From the NCBI GenBank assembly GCA_030621225.1, contig JAUXIB010000004.1, positions 1-39,826 of the forward strand: a stretch of DNA of 39,826 nt, given 5' to 3'. The notes below the pieces were generated by a model. The model did not search any database and was not told where the DNA came from. It saw only the letters and a program-made list of their open reading frames with translations. The stretch is from a candidate division FCPU426 bacterium (GTDB taxonomy: Bacteria > Oederibacteriota > JAUXIB01). The position numbers were made by a program, and so were the translations under genes. Positions 36,724 through 39,826 of this stretch are shown one piece after another. The stretch's first letter is position 1, and each line of letters starts with the position of its first letter.

Positions 36724-36952
36724 CCTCTGGGGTGTTAACCCCGGGGTTAGGGTCCACAGGTGAGTTATTCAAAATAGTTTTCCTGACCCCCATTTTTGCC
36801 TGCCCTTCGTAGCTCCTGCGTCTGCTTGTCAGCAGATAAGCGCAGGGGCGGAGTAGGGTCAGGCTTGTCTTGCCGTAGTCTCTGACGACGGCTGAGGGTG
36901 ATGGTAATATAGACTCAGGGGCAGGGAAGATGTTTTAGTAAAGGGGGAGAAT

Positions 36953-37471
36953 ATGAATAGAGAGATCATTCCGAGGGAGACTATTGAGAGAAGAATATTC
37001 TTAATCCGTGGCAAAAAGGTGATGCTGGACAGTGATTTGGCCGAGTTATATAGCGTGCCTACGAAACGGCTTAATGAGCAAGTTCGTCGCAATAGTGTTA
37101 GGTTCCCGGAGGACTTTATGTTCGAATTGACAAAAGATGAAGCGAGAGTTTTGAGGTCGCATTTTGCGACCTCAAAGAAAGGGCGTGGAGGTAGGCGCTA
37201 CAGGCCTTACGCATTCACAGAACAAGGTGTAGCTATGTTATCGACTGTTTTGAAAAGCGAGCAAGCGATAAAGATCAATATTGAGATCATGCGTGCCTTT
37301 GTGCAGTTACGGTACTTGCTTTCATCTAACGCTGACCTTAAACGCAAAGTCGAGGCGATAGAGTTAAAATATGATGCTCAATTCGCAATAGTGTTCGATG
37401 AACTTCGCCACTTGAAAGTTCCGCCTCTTCGCAAGAAACGACCTATTGGTTTTCGCTCATCTGGAGAGTGA
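36953..37471 (+). CDS. ORF6N-domain DNA-binding protein
   Basis: IRGKKVMLDSDLAELY.V.TKRLNEQVRRN..RFPEDFMF, PYAFTEQGVAMLS.VL.S, RPIGF. Confidence 0.92.
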   Translation: MNREIIPRETIERRIFLIRGKKVMLDSDLAELYSVPTKRLNEQVRRNSVRFPEDFMFELTKDEARVLRSHFATSKKGRGGRRYRPYAFTEQGVAMLSTVLKSEQAIKINIEIMRAFVQLRYLLSSNADLKRKVEAIELKYDAQFAIVFDELRHLKVPPLRKKRPIGFRSSGE

Positions 37472-37593
37472 AACGATGTATAGGGGCCAGGTCCCCGTAC
37501 CACTCGTTCTCTCGGGTTCAGGGCAAGCCCCGAACCACTCATGCTAATGCCTTCGGGTTCAGGGCAAGCTTTTCTGTTCTGTGCATTTTGGTG

Positions 37594-37621
37594 TTGACAA
37601 CTCCAAATATCAATGTAAAAT
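37594..37621 (+). promoter_or_regulatory. Sigma70 promoter giving a probably leaderless mRNA
   Basis: TTGACA-16 nt-TAAAAT; ATG 6 nt downstream; no RBS. Confidence 0.65.
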
Positions 37622-37627
37622 GGAATC

Positions 37628-38767
37628 ATGTATTCCAGAATGATAAAGGCGCCCAGGGGCAAGAGTTTCTTTCTCTTCGGGCCCCGCGGCACGGGGAAGA
37701 CCACTTGGGTCAAGGCTAATTTTCCGAAGGCGCTCTACCTGGACCTATTGGAAGCGAGGCTTTTCAACGACCTGCTTGCCGATCCACAGCGGCTGGATGG
37801 GCTCATCCCCAGGGGGTTCAGCGATTGGATCGTTATCGACGAGATACAGCGGGTGCCGGAACTCTTGAACGAGGTGCACCGGCTGATAGAGAGGGATGGA
37901 TACCGCTTTGTGCTCACCGGTTCAAGCCCGCGCGCGATAAGACGCAAAGGCGTAAACTTACTGGCCGGTCGCGCTCTGTCGTATCATTTATTTCCGCTCA
38001 CTGCCGGGGAACTCGGCAAAGATTTTAACCTAGACCATTCGCTGATCTACGGCCAGTTGCCCAGCGCTTATCGGGAAAAGGACCCGGCAGCCTACCTGGA
38101 GAGTTACCTTCAGACCTATCTGGAGGAGGAGATACGGCAGGAGGGGCTTACCAGGAACCTGGGAGCTTTCTCCCGCTTTTTGGAGGCGGCCAGCTTATCG
38201 CAGGCCTCGGTCTTGAGCGTATCCGCGATCGCGCGTGACTGCAGCGTCGAGCGAAAAGTGGTGGAAAATTACTTTGCTATCCTGGAAGATCTACGCATTG
38301 CCTATCGGCTTCCTGCCTTCACCAAGCGGGCCAAACGACGACTGGCAGTCCATCCCAAGTTTTATTTTTTTGATGTTGGCCTTTACCGGACATTAAGACC
38401 GAAGGGACCGCTTGACCTGCCGGAAGAGATAGGGGGCCATGCCTTTGAGACGCTGTTCATGCAAGAACTTATGGCAGTTAACGCCTACCTGCGTCTGGGG
38501 TATAATCTGTACTACTGGCGGACAGCCACCAATGCCGAGGTGGATTTTGTGCTCTACGGCGCCAAGGGCATCAAGGCTTTCGAGGTCAAGCGGACGGGTA
38601 AGATCACCGGCTCGATGCTGCGGGGATTAAAACTGCTGGCCGAGGATTACCCCGCCGCCAGGTTGTATTTCATCTACGGCGGCAAGCGGCGCATGCGTGA
38701 GGGGGAGATAGAGATTCTGCCTGTCAAGCAGGCCCTGCGGGAGTTGCCCGAGATACTGCGGCAGTAG
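37628..38767 (+). CDS. AAA+ ATPase (AAA_14) with DUF4143 / PD-(D/E)xK C-terminus
   Basis: GPRGTGKT, IDEIQRVP, LTGSS, LAGRA, PKFYFFDVG, YWRT...EVDFV..FEVK. Confidence 0.92.
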   Translation: MYSRMIKAPRGKSFFLFGPRGTGKTTWVKANFPKALYLDLLEARLFNDLLADPQRLDGLIPRGFSDWIVIDEIQRVPELLNEVHRLIERDGYRFVLTGSSPRAIRRKGVNLLAGRALSYHLFPLTAGELGKDFNLDHSLIYGQLPSAYREKDPAAYLESYLQTYLEEEIRQEGLTRNLGAFSRFLEAASLSQASVLSVSAIARDCSVERKVVENYFAILEDLRIAYRLPAFTKRAKRRLAVHPKFYFFDVGLYRTLRPKGPLDLPEEIGGHAFETLFMQELMAVNAYLRLGYNLYYWRTATNAEVDFVLYGAKGIKAFEVKRTGKITGSMLRGLKLLAEDYPAARLYFIYGGKRRMREGEIEILPVKQALRELPEILRQ

Positions 38768-38919
38768 CACGTGAAAAGATCGCTACCTGACCCGACTACG
38801 CTTTTCTTGACTTTCTTCCGTCAATCTGGGACAATCCTGCCGATAAAGAAGAAGGACCTGACGAAAAAAACGCAGAAGAGAATAAGTAGCAGCGGGCATA
38901 AAAATGAGGAAACGAGATA

Positions 38920-39159
38920 ATGCCAATATTCGCCTACGAGTGTAAGAAGTGCGGTAATAAGTTCGAGCTGTTGGTCGGGGTGGGCGCGGACAGCCGGGAG
39001 CCGGAGTGCGCCAAGTGCGGCAGTAAGCAGTTGCAGAAGCTGTTGAGTAGCTTTGCCGTTGCCAGTTCATCGCGGACAGAAGCGCCGGCCTGTGGTCTGG
39101 AGGGCGGTTCTTGTCCGGGCTTTGATCCTTCCTCGTGCGGCGGCTGTAATCGCCGCTAG
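38920..39159 (+). CDS. FmdB-family zinc-ribbon protein
   Basis: MPIFAYECKKCG.KFE.L......CAKCGS..L.KLLS.F; Cys-rich tail. Confidence 0.88.
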   Translation: MPIFAYECKKCGNKFELLVGVGADSREPECAKCGSKQLQKLLSSFAVASSSRTEAPACGLEGGSCPGFDPSSCGGCNRR

Positions 39160-39289
39160 TCTTTGTCTCTTGCTTAAGAGTATCTGAAAACTTTTTACCA
39201 CGACGACACGACGTTAACGGCTTTTTTGGTAACGGCACTTATCACAGCCGCCAGAGTGTATACTGTTAACTAAATACTTAACTTTTTGC

Positions 39290-39317
39290 TTGACATCTGA
39301 AATAGCTATGTTAGAGT
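39290..39317 (+). promoter_or_regulatory. Sigma70 promoter upstream of the putative sRNA
   Basis: TTGACA-16 nt-TAGAGT with upstream TG. Confidence 0.55.
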
Positions 39318-39324
39318 ATACATA

Positions 39325-39490
39325 TGAAAAGAGCCTGCGCTGTGCGCGGTGAGTTGAGGGAGGCGAGTTAGCAACTGAGAATAGGCGCTTAATGTATGGG
39401 ATCAGCAGAAGCGAGGCCCGTAGAAGGCGTCAAATTGGATCAGCGAACTGCATCCTCCCACGACCCGCGGCAACTGCGGGTTCTTTTTTT
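39325..39490 (+). ncRNA. Probable 6S-like rod-shaped RNA
   Basis: 5' GCCTGCG.TGTGCGCGG pairs with 3' CCGCGGCA..TGCGGGT; GGGAGG/CCTCCC, AGTT/AACT; central bubble; inner GGCGCTT/AGGCGTC and TATGGG/CCCGTA; U-run end. Confidence 0.5.
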
Positions 39491-39744
39491 TAAAACAAGG
39501 TTTATCTTCAAGCGGGGTGCATGGCCACCCCCCTCTTCGTCGCTTTGCTCCTGGTCTCCGATGTCTTCCTTTTCCATATTCGATGGAGGGAAGACATGGG
39601 GTCGCCTTTGGCGACCGGAGCCCTTCAAGGGGGGAGAGGAACGGCCGGGGATTATTGTAGGCGGGTTCTTTTTATTTAAAGAAGGTTTGTTTTCAAGCGG
39701 GGTGCAGGTCCCAGGCAAAGTTAGCTATTGAATGCCTATCCAAT

Positions 39745-39820
39745 CCACCGACTTTAGTCGGTGGTGGGGTATGGGGGCGAAGGCCCCACACCAATTATTG
39801 TCCACCAACGAAGTTGGTGG
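39745..39820. mobile_element. IS200/IS605-like terminal hairpins at the window edge
   Basis: CCACCGACTTTAGTCGGTGG and CCACCAACGAAGTTGGTGG flank a GGGGCGAAGGCCCC hairpin. Confidence 0.5.
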
Positions 39821-39826
39821 TAGTAT

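Noticed and set aside
598-38630. Numerous short antisense or alternate-frame ORFs in the track
   Set aside because: They are shadows of well-supported genes or translations of intergenic repeats (e.g. 2969..3172, 8183..8386, 12722..12931, 28763..29071).
2244-38800. Classical integron with attC sites
   Set aside because: No tyrosine integrase in the window, and I could not find consistent RYYYAAC..GTTRRRY boxes with attC-type folds at gene boundaries.
39396-39731. ORFs 39396..39731 (+) and 39440..39718 (-)
   Set aside because: Overlap the structured RNA and repeat region, with no recognisable motifs or RBS.

Overview
Accessory, defence-rich region of a probably diderm bacterium. It lies between housekeeping-type genes: galE and an HD hydrolase on the left; an ECF-sigma/CBM48 operon, an FmdB-type zinc ribbon and a probable 6S-like RNA on the right. 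Most cargo is on the + strand. It includes three toxin-antitoxin pairs, a Fic protein, two RecB/Cas4-like nucleases (DUF2779 and TM0106 types), a GHKL ATPase, an AlbA/Schlafen-like protein, two R-M systems (N4-MTase + MvaI/BcnI-family REase; C5-MTase + HNH + truncated vsr), three further HNH genes (one fused to HIT), and an OLD-family nuclease. Two things stand out. (1) A tight operon of membrane protein, TM0106 nuclease, KTSC and OLD nuclease ends, 5 nt after the OLD stop, in an 85-nt tRNA-like gene with a Ser-type long-variable-arm body but a TAT (AUA-reading) anticodon. (2) The intergenic DNA is a reused mosaic of short terminal inverted repeats, portable terminator/promoter blocks, a decayed transposase-type HTH tail and 30-bp palindromic inserts that repeatedly interrupt those repeats at the same base. 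This suggests an integrase-free cassette-type accumulation system. All family calls come from motif recognition by eye; no searches were run.
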